Origin: Dehalococcoidia bacterium
GTDB lineage: Bacteria; Chloroflexota; Dehalococcoidia; Lucifugimonadales; VXLM01
Reading direction: 5' to 3'
DNA: 64,000 bases
Assembly: GCA_963662435.1 (NCBI GenBank)
Contig: OY759598.1
Span: forward strand, 3,628,507 to 3,692,506
Below the pieces are notes generated by a model. It saw only the letters and a list, made by a program, of their open reading frames with translations, was not told where the DNA came from and did not search any database. Within the stretch, counting starts at the first letter, position 1, and the number at the start of each line of letters is the position of its first letter. Position numbers and translations under genes: made by a program. Shown piece by piece: positions 8,870 through 18,367 of this stretch.

Positions 8870-9757
8870 TCAGAACAGCTTGCGGCCCGGTACCTTGACT
8901 CGCGTCCTGTAGAGGGATGCACCGGCGTTGATGTAGAGGCTGCAGAGGTCGTCGTCGCCCCAGGTGAAGTTGGTCACGCCCTGCGGCACGTAGATCGTGC
9001 CTAGGCACGTGGCGTCGTCTGCGAAGACCTGGACGCCGCCGGGCCCTGTCGTGTATAGGTAGCCGCCCGTGTCGATCTTCATTCCGTCGGCGAGGCCGTC
9101 GCGCTCACCGGTGACGTCCGCCCACACGCGACCGTTTGAGATCGTCCCGTCGTCGTTCACGTCGAAAACGCGGATGTGGGCGCGCATGGTGTCGTTGATG
9201 AAGAGTTGGCTCTCGTCGAGGGAGAACGTGAGGCCGTTGGGCTGGTCGAAGTCGTCGACGAGCAGCGTAAGCTCGCCGCTGCCGGGGGAGAGGCGGTAGA
9301 CGCCGCGGTAGTCGAGCTCCTGCTCGCGCAGTACGCCGTAGTACTCCATGCGCCCGAAGCTCGGGTCGGTGAAGTAGATCGAGCCGTCGCTCTTTACGAT
9401 CACGTCGTTGGGACTGTTCAGCTCCTTGTCGTCGTAGTGCGTGGCGAGGACGGTGATCGAGCCGTCGTGCTCGGTCCGGGTGACGCGGCTGGTCGAGTGC
9501 TCGCAGGTGACGAGGCGTCCCTGCAGGTCGTAGTAGTTCCCGTTCGCCATGTTGCTCGGCTCACGGAACACCTCGATGCCGCCGTCGTTGGTCCATTTCC
9601 GCATGATGTTGCCAGGCATGTCGCTGAATATCAGGTGGCCCTCGACGTGGTTCCACATGGCGCCCTCGGTGAAGTCGAAGCCTGTCGCAAGCTCCTCGAC
9701 CGGCGCATCATCGCCGACAACGTCCCGGAAGCGTTCGTCTCGAATCTCTACGTTCAT
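8870..9757 (-). CDS. SMP-30/gluconolactonase/LRE family protein
   Basis: GFDFTEGAMW, LNSPNDV, QPNGLTFS, ADGMKID motifs. Confidence 0.92.
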   Translation of the reverse strand: MNVEIRDERFRDVVGDDAPVEELATGFDFTEGAMWNHVEGHLIFSDMPGNIMRKWTNDGGIEVFREPSNMANGNYYDLQGRLVTCEHSTSRVTRTEHDGSITVLATHYDDKELNSPNDVIVKSDGSIYFTDPSFGRMEYYGVLREQELDYRGVYRLSPGSGELTLLVDDFDQPNGLTFSLDESQLFINDTMRAHIRVFDVNDDGTISNGRVWADVTGERDGLADGMKIDTGGYLYTTGPGGVQVFADDATCLGTIYVPQGVTNFTWGDDDLCSLYINAGASLYRTRVKVPGRKLF

Positions 9758-9775
9758 GGTGTCTCCTTGAGGATT

Positions 9776-9808
9776 CTAGGTGCTGGATGCTGGGTCCTGG
9801 GTGCTAGG
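9776..9808. repeat. Degenerate heptamer tandem repeat (GGTGCTG-like)
   Basis: CTAGGTG CTGGATG CTGGGTC CTGGGTG CTAGG; inverted counterpart at ~10514-10537. Confidence 0.6.
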
Positions 9809-9877
9809 CAACTTCTATGATCAGGTCTACGTACTTTGCTTGCCCATTGAAAGGCTAGTAACTAAGGCTGGCAGGGT

Positions 9878-10356
9878 TCAAGGCTCCAATAGAGGACGTT
9901 TAGTCTTCAGAACAAACATGATTGTTCTGCGGGCTCTTTTGATCTTCCTAATGACCACGAACAGGAATATCAAGGGTAGTAATCCCGGTACAAGGATTGG
10001 GAAGTACGATTCTTCTAACTCCACAAGTAAATTGACTACATCCAACCACCAAGCTGGTGCGTAGCATTGTCCTCCGAAGCAATCCGTATCGTCAATCGGA
10101 GACCACCACTCGGTATATGGGCACAAAGATGCCCTTCACCTGCAGGTCTGGGTTGGGTACACTCGGACGCTTCAACTTCCTGTATTACTCCCGTCCTTGC
10201 TTGGTTAATCTCCTCGATGCGATCTTCCCATTGTATGTCTTGAATCACCCACTGGCAGGCTCCGACTAAGCTGAGCATTCCCATGCATAGAGAGACTGCC
10301 ACCATCCAGACTGCGTTCCTTAATTCGTCATAGGCCTTCTGAGCATCTTCATACAA
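9878..10356 (-). CDS. Hypothetical membrane protein(s) in a lower-GC island; two overlapping ORFs, possibly one frameshifted gene
   Basis: 10036-10356 has a TTG start behind AGGAG and one TM segment; overlapping 9878-10126 has a C-terminal TM segment. Confidence 0.35.
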
Positions 10357-10365
10357 GGGAATCTC

Positions 10366-10506
10366 CTATCCGTCTCGACATAGCTCAACTGCGGCATTCC
10401 TAGAAGTCCTCTCGTGATTCGGAAACCGGGCGGTAAGTCGATACACTTCCTCAACCAGGTCGATACCCTTCTGCCAGACGACGAGATCCTTATAACTGCT
10501 AATCAC
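10366..10506 (-). pseudogene. Truncated four-helix-bundle protein (23S rRNA intervening-sequence protein family)
   Basis: Not in the ORF track. GTG-started 46-aa ORF MISSYKDLVVWQKGIDLVEEVYRLTARFPNHER... matches the family N-terminus, then diverges and stops. Confidence 0.75.
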
Positions 10507-10513
10507 CCCCGCC

Positions 10514-10537
10514 ACCTAGAACCCAGAACCCAGCACC
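10514..10537. repeat. Heptamer tandem repeat, inverted relative to 9776-9808
   Basis: ACCTAGA ACCCAGA ACCCAGC ACC. Confidence 0.6.
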
Positions 10538-10548
10538 GAGAAGCCCCC

Positions 10549-11409
10549 CTACCCCTGCGCCGCTGCCACGGCGTCGTCGAGGATTTTCTTGAGGCGGGCG
10601 GACTCTTTGCGGATGTCCCAGCCGGCTTCGATGACCTCGGGGGCGGAGACGAACTCGACGGAGATGAAACCGTCGAAGCCGTCGTCGTGCATCTTCTGGA
10701 CCATGCGCCCGAAGTCGACCCAGCCCTCGTCTGGCTTGGCCTGGAACGAATCGGGGGCGGACTGCTTGGCCTGGTAGTGGCGGGCGTAGGCGTGGAGCGG
10801 CTCGATGGCGTCGGCCTTGAGGCTGAGCTGCGTCTGGTGGGCGTAGTCGACTGTGAGGGCCAGTCCGGGCACAGCCTCGCAGAGCTTGATTGCGTTCTCC
10901 GGCTGCCATGCGACGGAGAAGATGCACGGCTCGATGTTGCAGTGGATGCCGAGGCCCTCGGCCACTTCGACCATTCGCTTGTACTCGGTGACGGATGTGT
11001 CAAATGCCTGATCGAAGGTCTGGCCGTTCTCTTCGTCGATCATGCCGGGGAGCATCATGATGCTGTTGAATCCAGCCGCCGCCGCGATCTTGGCGACCTT
11101 CTCGTAGGTCCCCTGGCTCCATTCCCGCTTCTTGGGGTCGGGGTCGTTGATGTTCACTCCGAAGTCGCAGCAGAAGAGCTCGGCGATTTCGAGGCCGTAC
11201 TTCTCCGTGGTGCGCCGAATGTGGTCGGCCTCGCCCTGCGTGTCGTCGAGGTCGGTGATGAACCACTGGGGAACATAGTCGGTGAAGGTGCTCATCCCGC
11301 AGGCGCCGACATCGACGACGTCGAAGCCCATTTCCTGCATGATCTTGCACGACTCTTCCAAGTCGATCTTGCCGAATGCAAACGTCGAGCCTGCCACTCT
11401 GATCGCCAT
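10549..11409 (-). CDS. Sugar phosphate isomerase/epimerase (xylose-isomerase-like TIM barrel)
   Basis: GFDVVDVG, CNIEP, LTVDYAH, HYQAK, GFDGFISVE. Confidence 0.8.
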   Translation of the reverse strand: MAIRVAGSTFAFGKIDLEESCKIMQEMGFDVVDVGACGMSTFTDYVPQWFITDLDDTQGEADHIRRTTEKYGLEIAELFCCDFGVNINDPDPKKREWSQGTYEKVAKIAAAAGFNSIMMLPGMIDEENGQTFDQAFDTSVTEYKRMVEVAEGLGIHCNIEPCIFSVAWQPENAIKLCEAVPGLALTVDYAHQTQLSLKADAIEPLHAYARHYQAKQSAPDSFQAKPDEGWVDFGRMVQKMHDDGFDGFISVEFVSAPEVIEAGWDIRKESARLKKILDDAVAAAQG

Positions 11410-11450
11410 TTCCCTACCTCCAAATGCTGGGTTTTCTGTGGAATGCGCCG

Positions 11451-11479
11451 ATTGTATCCAACGGCCTTGAGGCAGTCAA
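11451..11479 (-). promoter_or_regulatory. sigma70-type promoter
   Basis: TTGACT-N17-TACAAT upstream of the isomerase gene. Confidence 0.55.
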
Positions 11480-11558
11480 CGCGGGCGGTATACGGGCGGT
11501 TTGGGCGGTGCTATGATTAGCGCGATCCGACTCTCGCCAATATCTGGGTTCCATCACC

Positions 11559-12533
11559 ATGCCGGACGTTCGAGCGACCATACACCGGATCACCGAGGCT
11601 GCGGAGGCGTTTCTGCGCAACCTCGAAGACGCGGACCTGAGGGAGCAGGCGCTGTTCCCGTTCGACCACGACGAGCGGGAGAACTGGCACTACGTCCCCC
11701 GTCCCAGGGCTGGCCTTTCGCGCGGCGAGATGTCGTTCGCGCAGCTGAACTCCGCCGAGTCCCTGATGGCCGTCAGTCTCAGCGCCGAGGGAGTGAGAAA
11801 GGCCCACTCGATCATCCGCCACGAGACGATACTTGGCCAGCTGGAGGCGAGTGACGGCACGCTCCGCTTCGACCGCCTGGAGGGGCTGTACTACTTCAGC
11901 GTCTTCGGCACACCGGGGAGCGCTGAGCCGTGGGGATGGCAGGTCGATGGTCACCACCTCTCCCTGAATATGACCGTGGTCGGCGGCGAGGAGATATCGG
12001 TAACCCCTTCGTTCTTCGGAGCAAATCCTGCTGAGGTGCCCCACGGCATGCACAAGGGACTCCGCATCCTGAAGGAGGAGGAGGACGCGGCGAGAAGCCT
12101 GCTGGGTTCGCTGGACTCCGAGCAGACACGGCAGTGCACGATCTATCCCACAGCGCCGCCCGACCTCATCACGAGGGCGAGCCGTCGCGTTGAGTTGGGC
12201 GAACCGGTAGGCCTAGCGGCGGGCATGATGACGGCAGACCAGCGGGAGAGGCTCGTGCGGCTGATCGAGGTCTACGTGGGGCGTAAGCAGGCGAACGTGG
12301 CTGGGGAGCAGATGCGGAAGATACACTCAGCCGGGTTGTCGGATGTGCGCTTCGGATGGGCGGGCGGACATCATCCGGGGCAGGGGCATTACTACCGGGT
12401 GCATAGTCCGGCATTCCTCATCGAGTACGACAACACGCAGAACATGGCGAACCATATCCACTCGGTCTGGCGTGACATCGAGGGAGACTTCGGGCGTGAC
12501 CTGCTGCGGGAGCACTACGAGCAGGCGCACTGA
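11559..12533 (+). CDS. DUF3500 family protein
   Basis: WHYVPRPRAG, YYFSVFGTP, WGWQVDGHHLSLN, PSFFGANP, NHIHSVWRD..GDFG. Confidence 0.85.
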   Translation: MPDVRATIHRITEAAEAFLRNLEDADLREQALFPFDHDERENWHYVPRPRAGLSRGEMSFAQLNSAESLMAVSLSAEGVRKAHSIIRHETILGQLEASDGTLRFDRLEGLYYFSVFGTPGSAEPWGWQVDGHHLSLNMTVVGGEEISVTPSFFGANPAEVPHGMHKGLRILKEEEDAARSLLGSLDSEQTRQCTIYPTAPPDLITRASRRVELGEPVGLAAGMMTADQRERLVRLIEVYVGRKQANVAGEQMRKIHSAGLSDVRFGWAGGHHPGQGHYYRVHSPAFLIEYDNTQNMANHIHSVWRDIEGDFGRDLLREHYEQAH

Positions 12534-12574
12534 AAAAGGATTCTACCCGCACCGTTCATATTGAAGTCGTTTTT

Positions 12575-12633
12575 CCGTTCGTGGTGAGCTCGTCGAACCA
12601 CGAAGGACCCTTCACAAGTTCAGGGGCGAACGG
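12575..12633. repeat. Paired REP-like elements (CCGTTCGTGGTGAGC...GAACC / CCCTTC...GGCGAACGG)
   Basis: Inverted pair of the same family as 1918-1943, between convergent genes. Confidence 0.7.
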
Positions 12634-12687
12634 TGCTACAAGACCCTAAGGCGACACGCGAACGATGATGCGTGGCCTGGTCTCTAC

Positions 12688-13680
12688 CTACCGGAAGCTC
12701 TGGAAGTCGGGGACGAAACCGCGGGGCTCCCAGTCGGGGAGGGTGTCGTCGGCCGGATTATCGGTATCGTTGGTGAGTTGCCATACGGCGCCCGGGCTTG
12801 AGAAGTCGGCGACCTGAATGTCCAAGTCACCTCCCTCGGCATCCTCCACCGAGTAAGCGATCATGTTACTGTCGGGGGCCCAACTGGGGCGTTCGTAGCG
12901 CAGCCCCGATGGGTTGTCGAAGAGGCGACGGAATCGGAAGCCGTCCAACTGGGACGTATAGAGGAGGCGCGTGAACTCGGTGCGTTCCTGGTGATTGGAG
13001 ATCATGGCAAGCTTCCTGCCGTCGGGCGACCAGTCGAGCCAGCCTACGAAGAAGCCATCGAAGAAGTTGCCGCTGTCGATAATCTTCTCATTGAGCTGCA
13101 CGTCGTCGGTCCGCATCATGCGGACATCGCTACCGGTTTCATAGACAATCGTCCGGCTTCTCGGTCCCCACGTAGGCCAGCGGGAGTTGACGAAGCTGCC
13201 TGTCAGGTCTTCCAGTTCCAATCCGTCCTCGGCGTTCACCGTCCACACGCTGTGCCGGCCTCTGCGGTCGGAGACGAAGGCGATCTTCGTCCCATCCGCC
13301 GACCATGAGGGCGAGTGGTCGGTGCCCCGGTCATTGGTCAGACGCACCTGCTCGGACCCGTCGGAGTTCATGACGTAGATTTCCAGGTTCCCGTCGCGTT
13401 CGGACTGGAAGGCGATTTTGCTGCCATCAGGCGACCAGCTCGGGTGGCTGTCGGTTGCGGGGTTGTTCGAGATGTTATGAGGGTTCGACCCGTCTGAGTT
13501 GACGAGGTAGATTTCCCAGTTGCCGTCGCGGTTCGTCGCGAATGCTATGCGCGAAATCGTGGAGTTGTCGGGCGTCGGCCACGGTGTGGGAGTCGGCTCG
13601 ACCTCGCTGCCGCACGCGAGCGCCATCGCAAGGAGTGAGCTCGCCGCGAATGTCGCGAGTGTTCCGATCTTCATTTCCAC
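12688..13680 (-). CDS. TolB-like PD40-repeat lipoprotein
   Basis: Lipobox LAMALAC; repeats of PSWSPDGSKIAFQSERDGNLEIYVMNSDGS. Confidence 0.85.
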   Translation of the reverse strand: MEMKIGTLATFAASSLLAMALACGSEVEPTPTPWPTPDNSTISRIAFATNRDGNWEIYLVNSDGSNPHNISNNPATDSHPSWSPDGSKIAFQSERDGNLEIYVMNSDGSEQVRLTNDRGTDHSPSWSADGTKIAFVSDRRGRHSVWTVNAEDGLELEDLTGSFVNSRWPTWGPRSRTIVYETGSDVRMMRTDDVQLNEKIIDSGNFFDGFFVGWLDWSPDGRKLAMISNHQERTEFTRLLYTSQLDGFRFRRLFDNPSGLRYERPSWAPDSNMIAYSVEDAEGGDLDIQVADFSSPGAVWQLTNDTDNPADDTLPDWEPRGFVPDFQSFR

Positions 13681-13702
13681 ACCTATGCTCGCCGTTTTCG
13701 GA

Positions 13703-14704
13703 TCACTGGGAGGATGTGGATGCCTCGCTGTCCGATTGCGGCGGCGGGGGTATCAGGTTCGCGAGTCGCTTGAGGATGAACGGGGCGACCTGTTCGTCGA
13801 TGACGAAGGCGTAGTCCTGACCCTGACTCTTGACGAAATAGCCGCCTTCATCGCGTTCCAGCAGCAGCAGACGGGCCGAGCGCGAGATGGCGCCCGTACG
13901 CACCTGTATGAACATCGTGATGTCGGCAAGGTCGAAGTTGAGGCGGGCCAGCTCATCGTCCGTCGGGAAGTCGCTCGTGACCATGTACTCCACGGCCTGA
14001 AGGAGCTCGAGCATGACCTCGGGGTCGGCCTGTCCGACCTCTGCTCCACCCTGGCTAACGACCCAGACGGAGTTCTCGATCTTGAGGTTGAACTCCTCTT
14101 CCGGGTACCGGAAGCTGATAGACTCGACCTCGTCACGCGGTATTTCCGTAATCAGGGGATGCTTCCAGAACTTGGGGTCGGGAAGGAAGCGGTCAGGGAA
14201 GTCGCAGAAAATGCCGTATACGTCGTCCTCTTCCGGGTTCCGCAGGTAGCAGAGGCGAACGAAGTTCTGCCAGGGGGTGATGACCCTCTCTCCGATGGGC
14301 GCGAACTGCTGGTCGCCAACGAAGAACTCCTCGATCAGCGCGCCCTGATTCCAGAACTCTACGAGCGTGCCGTTTTCGGGAGAAACTCCCATGACGGGAT
14401 GGTTGTCGGGGTTCGTGGCGATGAGCTCCGCCTCGTGGAACAACTGCGTGGTGGTCCACATGTCTTCGAACCTGCGACGCTGCACCGGGTACGGCCCAAC
14501 CTGCCAGTCTCCGTCCGTCTTTTCGATGATCGTCTCGAACTCGTTGTTTCGGATGACGACCTTGTCGAGGGTCTCCTCGGTCAGGGGCGCGACGCCCGTG
14601 AGGAGAATCTCGTCCGGCTCGGCGGATATAAAGCGGAATACGAGAGCCGCGATGCCCAGGATGACCAGGGCGGCGAAGACGAACCCTACCTGCTTACCTC
14701 CCAC
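13703..14704 (-). CDS. DUF4340-like membrane-anchored protein
   Basis: N-terminal TM segment; usual position downstream of a GldG-type gene. Confidence 0.6.
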   Translation of the reverse strand: MGGKQVGFVFAALVILGIAALVFRFISAEPDEILLTGVAPLTEETLDKVVIRNNEFETIIEKTDGDWQVGPYPVQRRRFEDMWTTTQLFHEAELIATNPDNHPVMGVSPENGTLVEFWNQGALIEEFFVGDQQFAPIGERVITPWQNFVRLCYLRNPEEDDVYGIFCDFPDRFLPDPKFWKHPLITEIPRDEVESISFRYPEEEFNLKIENSVWVVSQGGAEVGQADPEVMLELLQAVEYMVTSDFPTDDELARLNFDLADITMFIQVRTGAISRSARLLLLERDEGGYFVKSQGQDYAFVIDEQVAPFILKRLANLIPPPPQSDSEASTSSQ

Positions 14705-16994
14705 TCGTATACACCTTCCTCGTCGTGTTCCGTCGTATGAAGAACCGCACCAGACCGATCAGGATGATCAGTACCGGGACTCCTATGATGTTTCCATATT
14801 GCACTATGTTCTTGTGCATATCTGAAGAGAAGACGAGCGGCCTGAAGCGTTCGCCCTTGCCTCGAATCTGCGTAAGGGCGTCTTCCTGCGCCAGCCAGTC
14901 GATCCAGTTCAGGCCAAGGAAGATGTGCTCGGGGTACCTTGGCTGCTGTCCGCCGGCCATCTGTTCGCTGATGAATTCCGAGTCGGTTGCAACGATCATG
15001 CGGAAGACATTTTCAGGGTCTATTTCGCACGTCGCCCTGAGCGGAGGACAGCGCCGGCCGGTAATGGAGACGGCGAGGTGACGGTTCCTGAGCTCAGTCG
15101 CGCTCAACTCGTCGATGCGTGGCGACCGCGGCGAGAGGTCGTCGAAGTCGAGATCAACACCGGCAGTATCGAACGTCGTCAGGAGGGGAGTGACTTCGAC
15201 GTCCCTGACATCTTCGGAAAAGCGATTGGTGATCTCGATCGAGCTCGCCCATGGAAGCACCGCTCCGGCCGACCCGCCATTCGTCGCGCTTGCTACCGAA
15301 TTCTCGCTTGCCGGCACCTGCGGCCAGTAGGGATAGCCAAGGTTGACAACTCCGTAGGGGGTCTGGAAACCGAGCGTTTCATGCGCCTCGAAGTCCATGA
15401 CGATGTCTGTGCCCACGTCGATGCCGTATTCGCGAAGCCAGTTCGCCAAGCCGGGGTTGTTGGCCGAGCCTCGCATCCGCTGCTGATCGATGAGCACGGG
15501 GTCCATCAGTATGAGGACCTTGCCGCCCTCAGACAGGAATTGATCGATTTCGTTGAACAGGTCGGGGAAGATCTCCTTCTGAGACCCCGGTATGACGAGC
15601 ACGTCGTACCCGCGCCCGGAGGCGTCGAGGACGCCCTCCTGCACGTAGTCAAACTCCTCGACGTAGTACTGGCGCTCCAGTTGGTTGCGCCAGGACTGGA
15701 GATCGGCGTCCCGACGCTTCTCTCCGTGCCCGAAGAGCATTCCTACGGTCTTGGGCTCTTTCAGGGTCATACGGTGGATGTTGCCCGCGACTCGCTGCTC
15801 CAGCTGGTCGAGGGAGTCGACGAAGCCGATGACCTCCTGGTTGTTGGCATAGGTCATGCCAATACCTAGGTAGCCGAGCTTGATCTGAAGCTCTCCCTGG
15901 GTGGCGGTATTGAATTCCACCGGCCTGACGAAACTGCGTTCGGCCTCATCCGCGGCCTCATCGGATGTGTCGGCCTGGATCTTCTGCACCTTGATGCGCC
16001 CGTCAGAAGCTGCTGCCAGGTCATCGACGAAGTCGGTCACGTCTCGCGTGACGAGAGAAATCTGCACCGGCGGGTCCTGCGAAGTAAAGAGCTTGATAGT
16101 AACGATGTCGTCGAGGTTCTCAACGATATCCCTCGTCGCCGGGTCGAGGGTGTAGAGCTTCTGCTCGGTGAGGTCGATCCGGCCGCCGATGAAGCCGCCG
16201 AACCAACCGACGAGCAGGCTGATGAGCACGAGCGCGGCCACACCGAACTGGAGGTTGCGGTACCTCGGAGAGCGGTGGCTGACCGTCTTGCCGCGGATCA
16301 TGAGATAGGTGGCGGACAGGAAGGTCATTATCAGGGCTACGAAGTAAAGCAGGTCGCGAAGGTCGAGCACTCCGCGCGAAATCGAGCCGTAGTGCGTTAG
16401 GGGACTCAGGTCCTGGATCAGGACGGCAATCCTCGAAGGCAGGGCCAGCGTGACGATCGGCATGCCCGCGAGTGTGAGAAGTCCGATGGTCGCGAGACCT
16501 ATGATGAGCGCCACCATCTGGTTGCGGGTAAGGCTCGATGCGAAGAGTCCGATGGCGACGTAAGAGGCCGTCATCAGGAAGGTGCCGAAATACTGGGCGA
16601 TGACGGCGCCGACATCCAAATCGCCGGCGGTCTCAAGGGCGATTGGGATGCCGAGTGAGGCGATGATCCCGACGCTCACGAATGTGAATGCCGCAATGAA
16701 TTTGGCGGCTATGACGTACCAGGTGCGCAGCGGCTGGGTGAGGAGAGTTTCGAGCGTGCCGTCGCGCTGCTCTTCGGATACGAGGCGCATGGTGGCCGCC
16801 GGGACGAAGAGCGTCAGCAGCATCGGCAACCAGAGGCTTATGATCGCGCGCATCGAAGCTTCAGGCGCTATGAACAGCTGTCTAAAGCCGAGACCGGCAA
16901 GGAGTGCCGCGAATATGACCAGGAGAATGTACCCGGTCGGCTGATCGAAGTACCCTTTCAGGTCCTTCTTGACTACCGCAAATATCGACCCCAC
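14694..16994 (-). CDS. ABC-2 permease fused to a GldG/ABC_transp_aux domain (GldF-GldG-like)
   Basis: TMRLVSEEQRDGTLETLLTQP, RIDLTEQKLYTL, GHGEK, LNWIDWLAQEDALTQIR. Confidence 0.85.
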   Translation of the reverse strand: MGSIFAVVKKDLKGYFDQPTGYILLVIFAALLAGLGFRQLFIAPEASMRAIISLWLPMLLTLFVPAATMRLVSEEQRDGTLETLLTQPLRTWYVIAAKFIAAFTFVSVGIIASLGIPIALETAGDLDVGAVIAQYFGTFLMTASYVAIGLFASSLTRNQMVALIIGLATIGLLTLAGMPIVTLALPSRIAVLIQDLSPLTHYGSISRGVLDLRDLLYFVALIMTFLSATYLMIRGKTVSHRSPRYRNLQFGVAALVLISLLVGWFGGFIGGRIDLTEQKLYTLDPATRDIVENLDDIVTIKLFTSQDPPVQISLVTRDVTDFVDDLAAASDGRIKVQKIQADTSDEAADEAERSFVRPVEFNTATQGELQIKLGYLGIGMTYANNQEVIGFVDSLDQLEQRVAGNIHRMTLKEPKTVGMLFGHGEKRRDADLQSWRNQLERQYYVEEFDYVQEGVLDASGRGYDVLVIPGSQKEIFPDLFNEIDQFLSEGGKVLILMDPVLIDQQRMRGSANNPGLANWLREYGIDVGTDIVMDFEAHETLGFQTPYGVVNLGYPYWPQVPASENSVASATNGGSAGAVLPWASSIEITNRFSEDVRDVEVTPLLTTFDTAGVDLDFDDLSPRSPRIDELSATELRNRHLAVSITGRRCPPLRATCEIDPENVFRMIVATDSEFISEQMAGGQQPRYPEHIFLGLNWIDWLAQEDALTQIRGKGERFRPLVFSSDMHKNIVQYGNIIGVPVLIILIGLVRFFIRRNTTRKVYTSGR

Positions 16995-17018
16995 GTAGGT
17001 TTAGCTCCTCGTTTTTCG

Positions 17019-18062
17019 TTACTCGCCGTCGTTTGATCCGGCCTGGGCGCCCTCTTCGGCAGCGGGCAAGTCCATGCTTTCGTCGGTGAGCGTGCGGAAG
17101 AGCTCGCCCAAGCTCTGAGCCTCATGGTGGAGCTCCCAGAGCATCCAATCGTTGCTCTTTGCGAGCTTGAACAGCTCGGGGCGGATGTCGATATCCGTTG
17201 CGACCGAGATGGTATACCGTGTCCGTCCGTTTGCCGGTGGATCGGCCTCGTAGGACTCGACGAGGTCCATGCTGTCGAGCGCCTTCTCGACGCCCTCTCC
17301 CTCGACCTCGAAGACGATGTGGCTCTGGGACAGCGCCTGGTTGCGAAGCTCGTTGGGGGTGCCCTCGGCGACGATGTTGCCTCGCCTGATTATGATGAGG
17401 CGGTCGCAGACCTCCTCGACCTCCGGCAGGACGTGGGTGCTGAGCATGACCGTTCGCTCTTCGCCCATCTTGCGGATGAGTTCGCGAATGGGCACCCGCT
17501 GGTTCGGGTCGAGACCCTCGGTGGGCTCGTCCATGATGAGGATGTCGGGCTGGTGGAGAATGGCCCCGGCCAGACCCGTTCGCTGGCGATAGCCCTTCGA
17601 GCAGGTGCTCACGGGCTTATAGAAGACTTCCTGGATGCCCGTCTCGTCGACGGCTACCGCGATTTTCTCACGTCGCCCCGCTCCGCTCAGGCCCCGCAGA
17701 TCGGCAACGTAGTTGAGGTATTCCTTGACCAGGAGATCGCCGTACAGCGGGTTGTTCTCCGGCAAATAGCCGATCATCGCCCGCGTCTCTTTGTCGTGTT
17801 GCTGGTTGTCGAGTCCCTCGATGAGTATCCGGCCCGAGTCGGGGGTGTAGAACGACGTGATGAGGCGCATGGTGGTGCTCTTGCCTGAGCCGTTAGGCCC
17901 CAGGAAACCGAGCACCTCGCCCCTCCTGACGTTGAACGACACGTTGTTGACCGCGACGTTCGAGCCGAACTGCTTGGTCACACCCATGATCTCCATGGCG
18001 AGGTTCTTCGATCCGCCGCCATTCTCGGACGCCTGGGTGGCTTTACTTGTCTTGGTTGTCAT
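17019..18062 (-). CDS. ABC transporter ATP-binding protein (GldA-like)
   Basis: Walker A GPNGSGKS, signature CSKGYRQR, Walker B ILIMDEPT, STH switch. Confidence 0.92.
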   Translation of the reverse strand: MTTKTSKATQASENGGGSKNLAMEIMGVTKQFGSNVAVNNVSFNVRRGEVLGFLGPNGSGKSTTMRLITSFYTPDSGRILIEGLDNQQHDKETRAMIGYLPENNPLYGDLLVKEYLNYVADLRGLSGAGRREKIAVAVDETGIQEVFYKPVSTCSKGYRQRTGLAGAILHQPDILIMDEPTEGLDPNQRVPIRELIRKMGEERTVMLSTHVLPEVEEVCDRLIIIRRGNIVAEGTPNELRNQALSQSHIVFEVEGEGVEKALDSMDLVESYEADPPANGRTRYTISVATDIDIRPELFKLAKSNDWMLWELHHEAQSLGELFRTLTDESMDLPAAEEGAQAGSNDGE

Positions 18063-18316
18063 ATTCGGATGATCTCCGGGGCAACGCCCTATTCCGCCAA
18101 CGTCATTCGATTGCGTTCGCCCAGTTCTGTAAACGCCGATTGGACACGGGGGTTAGTTCCGCGTTGTCGGGACGTGTGTATGTAAGGGCATGGAACCAAG
18201 GCGGCTGACAGGATTGTGTGTGGAGTGAAGATTAGGGGCTGCGTTGAAACCTGGCGGGAAGCGCCATACTTGGGGCCGACGCTCTTCCGCCTTCCGGATG
18301 TTGTCTTACCTAAAAG

Positions 18317-18344
18317 GTTATAGAGGTACGAGGCGCGTCGTCAA
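18317..18344 (-). promoter_or_regulatory. Candidate sigma70 promoter for the Gld-like ABC operon
   Basis: TTGACG-N16-TATAAC, ~250 nt upstream of the ATG. Confidence 0.4.
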
Positions 18345-18367
18345 GCAGTTGAGGCCATACAAGGCGC

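Noticed and set aside
10366..10506. DGR accessory (Avd) gene
   Set aside because: The fold family is related, but there is no reverse transcriptase or TR/VR pair in the window.
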